Source: Pseudomonadota bacterium
Lineage (GTDB): Bacteria; Myxococcota_A; UBA796; SXON01
DNA length: 64,000 nucleotides
NCBI GenBank assembly: GCA_005778355.1
Contig: SXON01000240.1
Coordinates: forward strand, 8,938 to 72,937
Reading direction: 5' to 3'
Part shown: positions 25,980-36,111 of the stretch, in pieces
Numbering within the stretch: the first letter of the stretch is position 1
How the letters are laid out: every line of letters begins with the position of its first letter
Made by a program: the position numbers and the translations under genes
The notes under the pieces: generated by a model
Told to the model about the DNA's origin: nothing
Databases searched by the model: none
What the model saw: the letters and a program-made list of their open reading frames with translations, nothing else

Positions 25980-26671
25980 TAAAGACTGGCGTGCCCGACC
26001 GCATCCTGCTCATCGAGGACGACCCGTCCATCCTGCGCGGCCTGGAGCTCAACCTCGGCCTCGAGGGCTACGAGGTGCGCGCGGCGATCGACGGGCCGAG
26101 TGGCCTCCGCGTGGCCACCGAGTGGAAGCCCGACCTGGTGCTGCTCGACATCATGCTCCCGGCGATGAACGGCTACGAGGTTTGCCGCGAGCTGCGGCGC
26201 CGCGGCCACTCGGTGCCGGTCATCATCCTCAGCGCCAAGGGCACTGAACCCGACAAGGTGATGGGCCTCGACATCGGCGCCGACGACTTCGTCACCAAGC
26301 CCTTCGGGCTGGCGGAGCTCCTGGCTCGCATCAAGGCCCAGCTCCGCCGTGGCAAACCTCCGCCTGCCCCCGCCTTGCGTTTCGGCGACGTCGAGGCCGA
26401 CTTCTCGGCCGGCGAGGTGCGCCGCAAGGGCGAGCTCCAAGAGATGACCGCCCGCGAGCTCCAGCTCCTGCAGTACTTGGCCAAACACGAGGGCCGCGTC
26501 GTGACGCGGCAGATGATCCTCGACGCGGTGTGGGGCGAGAACTACTTCGGTACCGAGCGCACCGTCGACAACTTCATTACTCGCCTGCGCCAGAAGCTCG
26601 ACGACGACGACCCCCGGCACTTCCTCACCGTTCGCGGCATGGGCTACCGCTTCAAGGGCGACGCGCGATGA
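25976..26671 (+). CDS. OmpR-family DNA-binding response regulator
   Basis: The receiver has ILLIEDD, DLVLLDIMLP and ILSAKG. The winged-helix end is TVRGMGYRF. No sensor kinase gene is adjacent. Confidence 0.85.
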   Translation: MIKTGVPDRILLIEDDPSILRGLELNLGLEGYEVRAAIDGPSGLRVATEWKPDLVLLDIMLPAMNGYEVCRELRRRGHSVPVIILSAKGTEPDKVMGLDIGADDFVTKPFGLAELLARIKAQLRRGKPPPAPALRFGDVEADFSAGEVRRKGELQEMTARELQLLQYLAKHEGRVVTRQMILDAVWGENYFGTERTVDNFITRLRQKLDDDDPRHFLTVRGMGYRFKGDAR

Positions 26672-27783
26672 TCTGGTTGACGACGATGTGGCCTCTCGCC
26701 TGTGTCAAGAACGAGCCACCGCGCGAGATCGTCGCGCTGCCACCGGTGGTCGAGGACGTGAAGCCTCCGCCCGTGGTGCGCCCCGATCCTCTGCCCTCCT
26801 GGCGCTCCGGCTTCACCTCGGCGCCAGCCCTCGGCCAGCGCGTGGCCGAGACCTGGGGCTTCACGCTGGGCGGTCCCATCACCGAGCCCATCGCCGGCGA
26901 CGCCAGCCAGGCCTTCGCCGTGGCCGACGGGCGGCTCGTGGCCTTCAGCGCCGACGGCAAGCGGGGATGGGACGCGCGCATCGACGCGCGCGGCGGCCCC
27001 TACTTGCTCGACAGCAGCGTGATCGTGGGCGGCGGCGACGGGCGCGTACACTGGGTCGACCGCGCCACGGGCAAAGACGGCACCGTCACCGAGCCGGGCG
27101 GCGCCGTGGTCGGGCGCGTCGTTCCGGTCGACGGTGGCTTCGCCTGGGTCACCGCCACGGGACAAGTGAGCAGCACCGCCGGGTGGAACGTGGCGGCCGG
27201 CGTGGTCCCCTCCGCTCGCCCAGCGGCCGACGGCTCCACCGTGTACTTCGCGAGCACCGACGCCAAGCTCCACGCGGTGGGGCCAAAGGGCGTGGCCTGG
27301 AGCTGTCCCCTCCCCGCGCCCCCGGTCGACGGCCCCGCCCTCGACGCGGAGCGCGCCTACGTGAGCTACGGCGCCCAGGGCGGCGAGCCCGGCGGCGTGG
27401 TGGCCGTGTGGCGTGTGGGGGCCGACGCAGGCAAGGAGGCCTGGCGCTTCCAGACGGGCTTCGCCCCCGAGGCCGCCCCCGCCGTCCACGAGGCGGTGTA
27501 CGTGCCCGACAAAGACGGCACCGTCTACGCGCTCGACCCGGTGTCCGGCAGCAAGCTCTGGGGCGCCGAGGGCTACGGCGAGTTCCTGACACAGCCGGTG
27601 ATCGCCGGTAAAACGCTCTACGTCGGCAACGGCGACGGCGCCTTGTACGCCATCGACAGCTTCGATGGCGGCATCGACTGGAAGCTGCAGCTCGGCGCGC
27701 CAGTCACCGCCGAGCCCGCGCTCCTGGGCACGGGCATGGTGGTGGGCCTCGCCAATGGGCGCGTCGTCGGTTTGCGCCCCTGA
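26668..27783 (+). CDS. PQQ-like/BamB-like beta-propeller lipoprotein
   Basis: The ATG at 26668 overlaps the regulator stop. The sequence MIWLTTMWPLA|C is followed by repeated DG.VYA.D..(T/S)G-type blades (DGTVYALDPVSGSKLW, DGALYAIDSFDGG). Confidence 0.6.
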   Translation: MIWLTTMWPLACVKNEPPREIVALPPVVEDVKPPPVVRPDPLPSWRSGFTSAPALGQRVAETWGFTLGGPITEPIAGDASQAFAVADGRLVAFSADGKRGWDARIDARGGPYLLDSSVIVGGGDGRVHWVDRATGKDGTVTEPGGAVVGRVVPVDGGFAWVTATGQVSSTAGWNVAAGVVPSARPAADGSTVYFASTDAKLHAVGPKGVAWSCPLPAPPVDGPALDAERAYVSYGAQGGEPGGVVAVWRVGADAGKEAWRFQTGFAPEAAPAVHEAVYVPDKDGTVYALDPVSGSKLWGAEGYGEFLTQPVIAGKTLYVGNGDGALYAIDSFDGGIDWKLQLGAPVTAEPALLGTGMVVGLANGRVVGLRP

Positions 27784-29147
27784 TGTGGTGGCTCGTGCTC
27801 GGCTGTGCCGAGCAAGTGGGCGACACCGACGCGGTGGTCGTGGTGTTCAGCATCGACACGCTCGGCCAGACCATGGCCAACCAGACTGGATGGTGCGAGC
27901 GCGTGTCGGCGATCATGGCCGAGCACGGCCTCGATCTCGCCTGCCTGAGCGGCGCAGTGACACCGTCGAGCTGGACGGGCGAGGCGCACACCCGGATGCT
28001 CTGGCCCGAGAACACCACCGGCAGCGCGCGGAAGAACCAGTACCCGGAGTGTGGGCAGCCCTCGGTGATGGAGACCATTCGCGACAGCACTGGAGGAACC
28101 TACATCTTTGGCGCCGACAACAGCGTGCTCTCCGCCAGCGGAAAAGAATCGTGCGAGCTCTTCCGTTCGGTGTACACCCAGGGCAGCGACGAGATGTGGG
28201 AAACCCACATGGCCGCGACCAACCTAGCGTTGGTGGCCGAGGAAGACCGCCCGGTCGCGCAGGCCATCGAGGCCTTCGGGCGATGGCTTCCCCAAGAGGA
28301 GCGCAGCGTCACCCTCTTCCTCAACACCCTGGAGCCCGGCGGACACGAGCCCCGGTGCTGGCAGGATCCCGGCACCGACGCCTGTGTCGAGCTCTGGGAG
28401 ATCGCCGTGAACGCAGGCCTGGCCTCGGCGGGCGACGACCCGGTCGACAAGTGGCTAGAGAGCGAGTTCTACGAGCATCTTTTGCACTACGCCAGCGTCA
28501 AGAAGGCCACCGAGGAAGACCGCTGGCGGCCGCTCTTCTGGCAAACGGCAACGGAAACGGTGGAAGACTTCCGCGCGGAGAAGTTCGACCAGCGCCTGTG
28601 TGAGCTCCTCGACCTGCTCGGCGAGCACGACCGCCTCGACGACCTGCGCCTCGTGGCCTTCGGCGATCACGGCGAGAATCCCTGCATGCTGCGGGGCCTG
28701 GGCGACGACACGCTCAACTGCGGCCACAACGGCATCACCACCGAGTACACGGGTTTCGTGCCCGTGTACGTGTCACCCGCCTCGCTCGCAGCGGGCTGGC
28801 AGGAAGCGGGGCTCTCGACGGACGCTGGGCCCTGGTCAACCATGAACCTCGCCCACGGCCTCGTCGACAGCGTATCGGTGCCGCGACCGGCGGCCTGGCC
28901 TGAGCCCTGGCCCGTTGGCACCGCGCCGAGCTGGACCTGCCAGAGCCCAGGCAACAGCTCGGCTTCCGGCATCTTCGTTGAGGGCGAGGTGGCGATGCGT
29001 TGTCGCGAGGGCAACTGCGACGCCAGCGGCTTCGTGCTGCCCGCCGATCACCTCTATCGTCCGAGTGAGGCGAGCGAGGTATCCGCGTCGGTCGCCGCTT
29101 ACGGCGAGGCGCCCGACTGGTTCTCCGTCGCCTGTGGCGTTGACTGA
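27783..29147 (+). CDS. Alkaline-phosphatase-superfamily (sulfatase-like) lipoprotein
   Basis: Signal MWWLVLG|C. VVVFSIDTLG near the N-terminus and FGDHGENP later resemble the metal-ligand motifs of the superfamily. No CxPxR motif. Confidence 0.45.
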   Translation: MWWLVLGCAEQVGDTDAVVVVFSIDTLGQTMANQTGWCERVSAIMAEHGLDLACLSGAVTPSSWTGEAHTRMLWPENTTGSARKNQYPECGQPSVMETIRDSTGGTYIFGADNSVLSASGKESCELFRSVYTQGSDEMWETHMAATNLALVAEEDRPVAQAIEAFGRWLPQEERSVTLFLNTLEPGGHEPRCWQDPGTDACVELWEIAVNAGLASAGDDPVDKWLESEFYEHLLHYASVKKATEEDRWRPLFWQTATETVEDFRAEKFDQRLCELLDLLGEHDRLDDLRLVAFGDHGENPCMLRGLGDDTLNCGHNGITTEYTGFVPVYVSPASLAAGWQEAGLSTDAGPWSTMNLAHGLVDSVSVPRPAAWPEPWPVGTAPSWTCQSPGNSSASGIFVEGEVAMRCREGNCDASGFVLPADHLYRPSEASEVSASVAAYGEAPDWFSVACGVD

Positions 29148-30532
29148 GCCGGCGGGTTCTCCGCCACCACGCACGCCTTGCCCTTGCAGGCGCGGAGCTG
29201 AGCAAGCCGGGCGGCCAGCGTCGCCTCCTCGGCGCGTCCCGTCCCGGCGATGTTCTGGAGCTCGTAGGGGTCGACCAGGAGGTCGTAGAGCTCGTGCTCG
29301 CCCGAGTCGTAGTCCACGAGCTTGTGGGTGGCGGTGCGGATGCCCGAGTAGCCGGGCTTCACCGCCTTACGTCGCCCGCCCTCGGGCTCCTGGTCGGCCT
29401 GTTTCGCGCGCTCGATGAGGAAGGCGTCGCGCCACGGGGCGGGCACCCAGCCGGTGAGCCAACCCAGCCACGAGCGGCCATCGGCCTCGGCGATCGGCGC
29501 AATACCCGCCATCGCGGCAATCGTCGGGGCGAGGTCGGTGTTGAGCACCATCGCGTGCACCACCGTCCCCGGTTTCACGCCCGGGCCGCGCACGTAGAGC
29601 GGCACGCGCAAGTCTTCCTCGTAGGGGGTCTCCTTGCCCTTGGCCATCCGGTGACTGCCCAGGTGGAATCCGTTGTCGGAGGTGAAGATGAGCCAGGTGT
29701 CCTCGAGCCGACCGCGCTCCTGCTGGACGGCGATCACCCGCGCCACCAGGTCTTCCACGGCGTACATCGACCCCACCCGGGCGCGATACTGTCGGTCGAT
29801 GCTGCGGAGTTCCCGCGGGCTCATGGGACTCCGGCTGCCCGCCCCGGCGGGCTTGTCCGTCATGTCCGCCTCGTCGAAGTTCGGCGAGCGAGGCGCCGAC
29901 AGGTCGGGAACGGTACCCTGGTGCCGCGGCGCGAGCGTGCTCGGCGAGTGGGGCGAGTAGGGTGACACATAGGCGAAGGCGGGGTTCTTTCCCGAGTCGC
30001 GGAGGAAACTCTCGACGTGCTGCGACAAGACGTCCGTGAGGTAGTCGACAGGTAAGTCGCCGTGTTTCTCGAGACGCCCGTTCACGCTCAGGGTGTAGTT
30101 GTACTGGTCGTAGGGCTCCCCGCCAGCGGGTACCACCCAGGTGTCCCAGCCCGGCGGCACGTACCGCCGGTTGCCGTTCTCCGGGTAGCCGTTGAGGTAC
30201 TTCCCGAAAAGGCCAGTGGCATAGCCCGCCGCGTCGAGCGCGGTGGCGATGGTTCGTTTCTCGCAGGTCTTCTTGAATGCGGCAAATCCGCCGTTCGGCC
30301 CGCTGTTGGCCATGACGCCGGTGTTGTGTGCGTAGAGCCCGGTGAGGATGGTCGACCGGCTCGGGCAACACAAGGACAACGACACGAAGGCGTTGTCGAA
30401 AACCGCGCCCGGGGTGGCGACCATCTCGGTGATCCGCGAGAGGTGGCGGGTGGACTCCAAGTCGAGATCGTCGGCCAGCACCAACACGATGTCCGGGGCG
30501 GCGAACGCAGCGGCGAAAAGGAGCAGCATCAC
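29099..30532 (-). CDS. Arylsulfatase-family sulfatase (formylglycine-dependent)
   Basis: Contains IVLVLADDL, the LCCPSRSTILTG (C-x-P-x-R) motif and TSDNGFHLG. Confidence 0.85.
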   Translation of the reverse strand: MMLLLFAAAFAAPDIVLVLADDLDLESTRHLSRITEMVATPGAVFDNAFVSLSLCCPSRSTILTGLYAHNTGVMANSGPNGGFAAFKKTCEKRTIATALDAAGYATGLFGKYLNGYPENGNRRYVPPGWDTWVVPAGGEPYDQYNYTLSVNGRLEKHGDLPVDYLTDVLSQHVESFLRDSGKNPAFAYVSPYSPHSPSTLAPRHQGTVPDLSAPRSPNFDEADMTDKPAGAGSRSPMSPRELRSIDRQYRARVGSMYAVEDLVARVIAVQQERGRLEDTWLIFTSDNGFHLGSHRMAKGKETPYEEDLRVPLYVRGPGVKPGTVVHAMVLNTDLAPTIAAMAGIAPIAEADGRSWLGWLTGWVPAPWRDAFLIERAKQADQEPEGGRRKAVKPGYSGIRTATHKLVDYDSGEHELYDLLVDPYELQNIAGTGRAEEATLAARLAQLRACKGKACVVAENPPAQSTPQATENQSGASP

Positions 30533-31836
30533 ACCTCCACGAGGAATCCCTCGACGTTCCAGGCCCAGATGCGCGGGCCGACGCGCGCGAAGGCGGTCGC
30601 CGGGAGCGAATAAGCGTGCCCGTCGACGGAGAACTCGCTCGGCTCGGCGTCATTGCCGGGCACCACCCCGGTCGGAACGGGCGGCGCCGTGTGCGGCATC
30701 TCGGCATCCCGACGACGCCAGCGACTCGATCCATCGAGCCCAAACGCCCCCGTCTCGCCGTCGATCGTCTGCACGAGGATCTCGTCGCCATCGAAGGCGG
30801 CCGCCGCCACGAAGTCATCGCCGCTGCAGAGACCGTGCGCGTGGCAGACCATCTCCACGCTGATGTGCTCGTCATCGACCACGACCACCCGCTCGCCATC
30901 GGTCGCGGTCACGCCCCTGTAGGCCGCGCCCGGGAGCCGCGTGCCGTTGTCCAGTCGCCACGTGGTGCCACCGGGGCCCGCGAGCAGCTTGCCCCGGCAC
31001 GACGGCGTGGCGCCGCAGAAGCCGTCGAGGACCACCTGGCCTTCGGCATCCACGAGCGCGCCGGTGTCACGGTCGAGCAACATCGGCCCCGGCGCGAAAC
31101 CCACCGGCGTCAAGGCACCTTCCCAGCGTCGCGACACCTTGTTGGCGCGAAGGTCGAGCAAGGCCACGCCGTCCTCGTCGGCCACGAGCGCGGACTCGCC
31201 GTCGGCGGCGAAGCGCGCCGTCGACACGTCGAGCTTCTCGCCGAGCTTCTGGGCCAGGGCGCGCGTGGGCGCCACCAGCGTGTCGGTAGCGAGTTGCACG
31301 AGGCAGCTGCCACGGGGACCCACCGCGATCGCCTCGGCGCCCGACGCCCGTCCGAGGGCGTTGGGCTGCCCGCTCTCGCCTAGTCGGTACAGCACGTCGA
31401 GATCGATCCAGCATAGGCCCACGCCGGAAAGGAAGGGCGCGGCGAACTTGGCTCGCGTCGCGGCGTCGGGGATGGGGATGCGCGCTCCGTCTCGCGTGCG
31501 GAGCAGCTCGTGACTCGGCACGGCGACGGCCAGCGCGCAGTCCACGCCGGGGAGCACGTGAACCGGCTCGCACTCGTCGATGAGCACCGCACCCACGGCC
31601 TCCTTGGCCTCCACGCGCACGACGCCGTCACACAGGGCCGCGGACCACCGACCACCCGCGCCGACCACGTCGTCAGGCAAGTCACCCAGCGGCACCACCG
31701 CGATCCCGTCCCCGTCGAGCACGAAGAGCACGTCGGCCATCACCCAGCCCACGTGCTCGCCGTCGGTGCCGATCCAGTCAGGCTCCCCCGCGGCGAGGAG
31801 GCGGGGCGCAGGGCCAGTGGGGAGGTTGAGGCGCAT
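30529..31836 (-). CDS. Hypothetical protein (no signal peptide), co-operonic with the sulfatase
   Basis: 435-aa ORF with a 4-nt overlap with the sulfatase start. No motif recognised. Confidence 0.45.
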   Translation of the reverse strand: MRLNLPTGPAPRLLAAGEPDWIGTDGEHVGWVMADVLFVLDGDGIAVVPLGDLPDDVVGAGGRWSAALCDGVVRVEAKEAVGAVLIDECEPVHVLPGVDCALAVAVPSHELLRTRDGARIPIPDAATRAKFAAPFLSGVGLCWIDLDVLYRLGESGQPNALGRASGAEAIAVGPRGSCLVQLATDTLVAPTRALAQKLGEKLDVSTARFAADGESALVADEDGVALLDLRANKVSRRWEGALTPVGFAPGPMLLDRDTGALVDAEGQVVLDGFCGATPSCRGKLLAGPGGTTWRLDNGTRLPGAAYRGVTATDGERVVVVDDEHISVEMVCHAHGLCSGDDFVAAAAFDGDEILVQTIDGETGAFGLDGSSRWRRRDAEMPHTAPPVPTGVVPGNDAEPSEFSVDGHAYSLPATAFARVGPRIWAWNVEGFLVEV

Positions 31837-31899
31837 GCCGCCGTGCTATCCCCGGCGTGGGCGCGGCGACGCGCGTTCAGGGGCGCACCGTCGCGAGGC

Positions 31900-32433
31900 T
31901 CAGTTCACCTCGCCCGGTCCCCCGTCGAGCTTGATGCGCATTTGCTCGAAACGGGCGCGGGCGAACCAGCCCCCGAGACCGCTGGGCTTGGCAGCGCCGT
32001 CGATCGCCCGCTCCACGGTGTCGTCTGCGTCGACCACGGGCGTGCCGGGCACGCCGAGCGGGCGCCGACACCACCACCAGCGGCCGTCGGGCCACTCGAT
32101 GAAGACAACCGCATCGCGACCCAAGAGCGCGCCGTTACGTCGATGCAGGAGCACCCCAGCGAGGGCGAGCCCCTCGGCGCCGTCTTGCGAGGCAAAGCTC
32201 GACACGGCGCGGTGGTGGTCGGGCACCACGTCGAGCAGGGGGCTCACGTCGACCACCTGCACGACCTCGGGAAAGAGGGTGAGCACGGCGGGACGTGGAA
32301 CGCGCTTGTCCTCGGCCTGGCGCCGGAGCTGGCGGTCGAGCTCGGACCAGATCTCCTCGCCCAGGGCATCGTCATCCCCGGAGAAGCGAGGTTGTCGCGA
32401 CAGGTGACTGACTCGAATCTTGACCCGCGGCAT
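31900..32433 (-). CDS. Hypothetical protein
   Basis: 177-aa ORF abutting the upstream lipoprotein gene. No motif recognised. Confidence 0.4.
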   Translation of the reverse strand: MPRVKIRVSHLSRQPRFSGDDDALGEEIWSELDRQLRRQAEDKRVPRPAVLTLFPEVVQVVDVSPLLDVVPDHHRAVSSFASQDGAEGLALAGVLLHRRNGALLGRDAVVFIEWPDGRWWWCRRPLGVPGTPVVDADDTVERAIDGAAKPSGLGGWFARARFEQMRIKLDGGPGEVN

Positions 32434-32852
32434 CAGTCGCAGCGCCCGTCCCGATCGCGGTCGGAGCAGCCCTCGCCTTTCAGCTCGCGCGAGACGATGG
32501 TGCCGCCTCCCGTCTCAACCAGAAACTCGGCGGTATAATTCCCATTTGCCCCCGGCTGGAATCTCACGCGCAGCTCCATTTCCTCCCCGGGCTCGATCGT
32601 CCGCGGCACCGGAGGATCGGAGAGCAGGGAGAAGGCGCCACTGCGACCGTCGATCCAGATGTCGACCACCCGCACCGAGTCGCCGGACACGCTGAGCGTG
32701 AGCGTCTCGTCTTCCGGCTCGCCGTCTTCCACCACCTGCCCGAAGCTCACCGCGCCGGCCGGACTGATGGTAATGCGCCCCTCGGTGCTCTCGCCGAGTT
32801 GGATGCTCTGGAGGCCGAGGGAGCCGCAGGCGCTGAGTGCGATCAACCACAC
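32433..32852 (-). CDS. Small Ig-like-fold lipoprotein
   Basis: The GTG start gives (M)WLIALSA|C. It has a beta-sandwich-type pattern (TLTLSVSGDSVRVVDIWIDG..., ELRVRFQP). Confidence 0.5.
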   Translation of the reverse strand: MWLIALSACGSLGLQSIQLGESTEGRITISPAGAVSFGQVVEDGEPEDETLTLSVSGDSVRVVDIWIDGRSGAFSLLSDPPVPRTIEPGEEMELRVRFQPGANGNYTAEFLVETGGGTIVSRELKGEGCSDRDRDGRCD

Positions 32853-32891
32853 CGCGCGCGACTAACTCACCGCGAGCTAGATTCGGTCGCC

Positions 32892-34445
32892 ATGGCCGCC
32901 GACCCTCCCCTCTTCCGCGCCCCGCCTGCGAGCCAGATCGCCGCCGCGCTCGAGACCCGCGTGCGCCGACGGCTCGTGGGCACGGCCGACGCGTTGCTCG
33001 CCGACTACCTCGCCGACACGCTCTTCCACGAGCGCAAACGCCTCGAGCGAGACGACGACGGCCCCGAGTACGCCGAGGCCATCGAGGCCGGGGCACAGTC
33101 GCTGCGGGCGATGTCGCGACCGGGGATGGAATCATCGATCTTCCGCATGGTGAGGCACTACGCCGAGGAGGTGCACAACCCTTTCTCGGCGCGGACCTAC
33201 CGCTTCGCCACGCGCATCATGCCGGGCGTGCTGACGCGCCTGCTCTCGGGCGCGCGCCCACGCGACCTGGTGCTCGGCGACTTCGACCCTGCCTCGCGGA
33301 TCCTCCTCTCGGGCCCGATCGACCAGCTCCGTCGGCTCGCCGAGGCCGGCACCCTCATCCTCGCGCCCACCCACGTGTCGAACCTCGACAGCCCTCTGAT
33401 CGGCTACTCCGCCTTCGCGGCCGGGCTGCCACCGTTTGCCTACGGGGCCGGCCTCAACCTGTTCAGCAACCCGGTGATGGCCTTCTTCATGCAGCGGCTC
33501 GGTGCGTACACCGTGGATCGTCGTAAGAAGAACCGACTCTACAAGGACACGCTGAAGGACTACTCCACCGAGATCATCGGGCGACGGCACCACTCGCTCT
33601 TCTTCCCCGGCGGCACCCGGAGCCGCTCGGGACGACTGGAATCGCGGCTGAAGAAAGGCCTGCTGGGCACCGGGCTCGCAGCCTGGCAGGAGTCCCTCGC
33701 CGCCGGACGTCGCGATGGCGAAGTGTACATCGTGCCCTGCACGCTGAGCATCGGGCTGGTGCTGGAGGCCGAGACGCTCATCGCCGACAGCCTCGCCGAG
33801 GAGGGCAAGCAGCGGTACATCATCATGGACGACGAGTTCGCCGACGCGCGCACCATCGGGCGCTTCGTGCGATCGCTCCTGCAACTCGACGCCAAGGTGC
33901 ACGTCGTCTTCGGCCAGCCGATGGACGTGGTGGGCAACCCCGTCGATGGCGAGGGGCGCTCTCTCGATCCCCGTGGGCGCGTGGTCGACCGCCGCGGCTA
34001 CGTGTGCAACTCGGGCGGCGCCGTCGTGGCCGACGAGCAGCGCGACTACCTCTACACCGAGCGGGTGGCCGAGCGCCTCGGCGAGGCCTACCAGCGCGAC
34101 TTCGTCCCGCAGTCTACGCACCTGGTGGCCTGGGCCGCCTGGGCGGCCCTGCGCGCCACCAATCCAGGGCTCGACACCTGGCGCCTGGTCCGCCTCCATC
34201 CCGACCAGGCCGTGGTCGACCGCGCCGCCGTGTCCCGGCGAGTCGACGACGCGATGTCGCGACTCTCGGCCTACAAGACCGCCTTCGCGCCCAGCGCCGA
34301 TCGCACCCTCGACGACGCGGTTCGCGCCTTCGCGTCCTTTCACCGCCACCGCGCCGTGGCCGAGCACGGCCCCAGCCTCCGACTCCACCCGGAGCTCTGC
34401 CTCTACTACCAGAACCGCATGGTCGGCTACCGGGAGCTACGTTGA
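32892..34445 (+). CDS. Glycerol-3-phosphate/lysophospholipid acyltransferase (PlsB/PlsC superfamily)
   Basis: Has the H(x4)D block PTHVSNLDS and the FPGGTRSRSG block. 517 aa, starting from the ATG at 32892. Confidence 0.7.
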   Translation: MAADPPLFRAPPASQIAAALETRVRRRLVGTADALLADYLADTLFHERKRLERDDDGPEYAEAIEAGAQSLRAMSRPGMESSIFRMVRHYAEEVHNPFSARTYRFATRIMPGVLTRLLSGARPRDLVLGDFDPASRILLSGPIDQLRRLAEAGTLILAPTHVSNLDSPLIGYSAFAAGLPPFAYGAGLNLFSNPVMAFFMQRLGAYTVDRRKKNRLYKDTLKDYSTEIIGRRHHSLFFPGGTRSRSGRLESRLKKGLLGTGLAAWQESLAAGRRDGEVYIVPCTLSIGLVLEAETLIADSLAEEGKQRYIIMDDEFADARTIGRFVRSLLQLDAKVHVVFGQPMDVVGNPVDGEGRSLDPRGRVVDRRGYVCNSGGAVVADEQRDYLYTERVAERLGEAYQRDFVPQSTHLVAWAAWAALRATNPGLDTWRLVRLHPDQAVVDRAAVSRRVDDAMSRLSAYKTAFAPSADRTLDDAVRAFASFHRHRAVAEHGPSLRLHPELCLYYQNRMVGYRELR

Positions 34446-35260
34446 AAGCCGAGATCGTGGGCAACGGCGAGCTGTCGAAAACGCTCGCCACGCTGGTGAA
34501 GGCCGCAGGCGTCGACGCGCGCGGCCTCCAGCTGTGGTGCGTGCCGCTGGCCGATCTGCGCGACACCGTCCGCGAGCGGCTCCCAGGGCCGGGCGACCGC
34601 ATCCTGCTCGCGACGCGTGGGCTCGAACCGGGCACGGCGCTGCGCCCGTCGCAAGTGATCATGGAGGAGAGCGCGTGCCTGCGCGTGGCCGCCCTGGCTG
34701 GTCCCGTCTTGCCGAGCGAGATCGCGCGGAAGAGCCCCTGCGCAGCGGTGGTGGCCTCGCCCCACGCGGAGCTTCGCGCCCTCGGCGCGCTGGTGCTGCG
34801 CTCGCCGCTCTGCCGAGTGTACGAGAGTGCCGATCTCGCGGGGGTGGAGCTGGCCGGCGCCCTGGTCGACGTCTTCGCGGTGGCGCTCGGCGCCGCGCGG
34901 GGCCTCGGCCTCGGGGCCGGCGCGGAGGCCTTGCTGGTGGCGCGCGCGGCCGTCGAGGGGGCACGCCTCGCGAGCAAGATCGGCGGCGATCCCCGCACGT
35001 TCTCCGGTCTCGCCGGCGTGGGCGACCTCGTGGCCTGCGCGGCCTCGGCCGAGCACCCGGGGCACCGCCGCGGGCTCTCCTTGGCTCGCGGCGAGGCCTC
35101 GCCCGAGGTGGTGTCGATGTGCGCGCCGCTCTTGCGACACGGGGGCCACTTGCCCATCGTGAGCGGTGTGCGCGCGGTGGCGGCGGGCGAGGTGAAGGGG
35201 GCCGACATGCTCGCGAAGCTGATGTCGAGCGCCCACGCCGGCGAATGGGACGACGCGTGA
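34442..35260 (+). CDS. gpsA: NAD(P)H-dependent glycerol-3-phosphate dehydrogenase-like protein (compact N-terminal domain)
   Basis: The C-terminal domain motifs AGPVLPSEIA, VFAVALGAARGLGLG and GLAGVGDLVAC are GpsA-like. The Rossmann part is short with the degenerate motif IVGNGELS. A TTG start overlapping the upstream stop is assumed. Confidence 0.55.
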   Translation: MKAEIVGNGELSKTLATLVKAAGVDARGLQLWCVPLADLRDTVRERLPGPGDRILLATRGLEPGTALRPSQVIMEESACLRVAALAGPVLPSEIARKSPCAAVVASPHAELRALGALVLRSPLCRVYESADLAGVELAGALVDVFAVALGAARGLGLGAGAEALLVARAAVEGARLASKIGGDPRTFSGLAGVGDLVACAASAEHPGHRRGLSLARGEASPEVVSMCAPLLRHGGHLPIVSGVRAVAAGEVKGADMLAKLMSSAHAGEWDDA

Positions 35261-36111
35261 AGCCAGCGCCCATCGGCGTGTACGACTCGGGATTCGGCGG
35301 GCTCACCGTGCTCCGAGAGCTGAGCCGCGCCCTGCCCCGGGCGGAGTTCGTGTACCTCGGCGACGCCGGGCGGGCGCCCTACGGAGGTCGCGACGCCGAC
35401 GTGATCCTGAGCCTGGCCGAGCAGTGCGTGGAGCGGCTCTTCAGCGAGGGCTGTCGGGTGGTAGTGGTGGCCTGCCACACGGTGTCGAGCGTGGCCCTGC
35501 GGCACTTGCAGGCCCGCTACACGGGTCCCGGCCAGGAACGCGCCGTGCTCGGCGTGACCATCCCGGCGGCGGAGCTGGCCGTCGACCACGTGTCGACTCG
35601 CGGCGGCCGGATCGCCTTCATCGCCACGGCACGGACGGTGGCGAGTGGCACGTTCACCACCGAGTGTCACAAGCTCGCCCCCGTCGCCGTGGTGGAGCGA
35701 GCCGCGCCCCTGCTCGCGCCGATCGTCGAGGAAGGGTGGGAAACGAGCGACGTCGCTCGTCTCGCCGTTCGTCGTTACCTCGATGGCCTCGACGCGCAGG
35801 TGGTCGTGCTCGGCTGCACCCACTTCCCGCTCCTGCGAGAGGCCTTCGAGGCCGCCACCGATTGCCCCGTGCTCGACCCCGCCCCCTTCGTCGCCGCTCG
35901 GCTGGTCGACTGGTTGACAAGGCACCCGGACTTCACGGTGGCCGAGGGAGAACCGCGCTTCCTGTCTACTGGCGACCCGGATGCCTTCGCCACCCACGGG
36001 TCCAGGTTCCTGGGAGCCCCGGTCACCACCGTGCAACACGTGGCGGAGACCGCCGGGCGACTCGAGCCTGCGGCGCGCGTGGTGCCCCGTGGCCAGGTGG
36101 TCCGGGCGTGA
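35257..36111 (+). CDS. murI: Glutamate racemase
   Basis: Contains IGVYDSGFGGLTV, YLGDAGRAPYG, VVVACHTVS and LGCTHFPLL. The GTG start overlaps the upstream stop (GTGA). Confidence 0.85.
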   Translation: MKPAPIGVYDSGFGGLTVLRELSRALPRAEFVYLGDAGRAPYGGRDADVILSLAEQCVERLFSEGCRVVVVACHTVSSVALRHLQARYTGPGQERAVLGVTIPAAELAVDHVSTRGGRIAFIATARTVASGTFTTECHKLAPVAVVERAAPLLAPIVEEGWETSDVARLAVRRYLDGLDAQVVVLGCTHFPLLREAFEAATDCPVLDPAPFVAARLVDWLTRHPDFTVAEGEPRFLSTGDPDAFATHGSRFLGAPVTTVQHVAETAGRLEPAARVVPRGQVVRA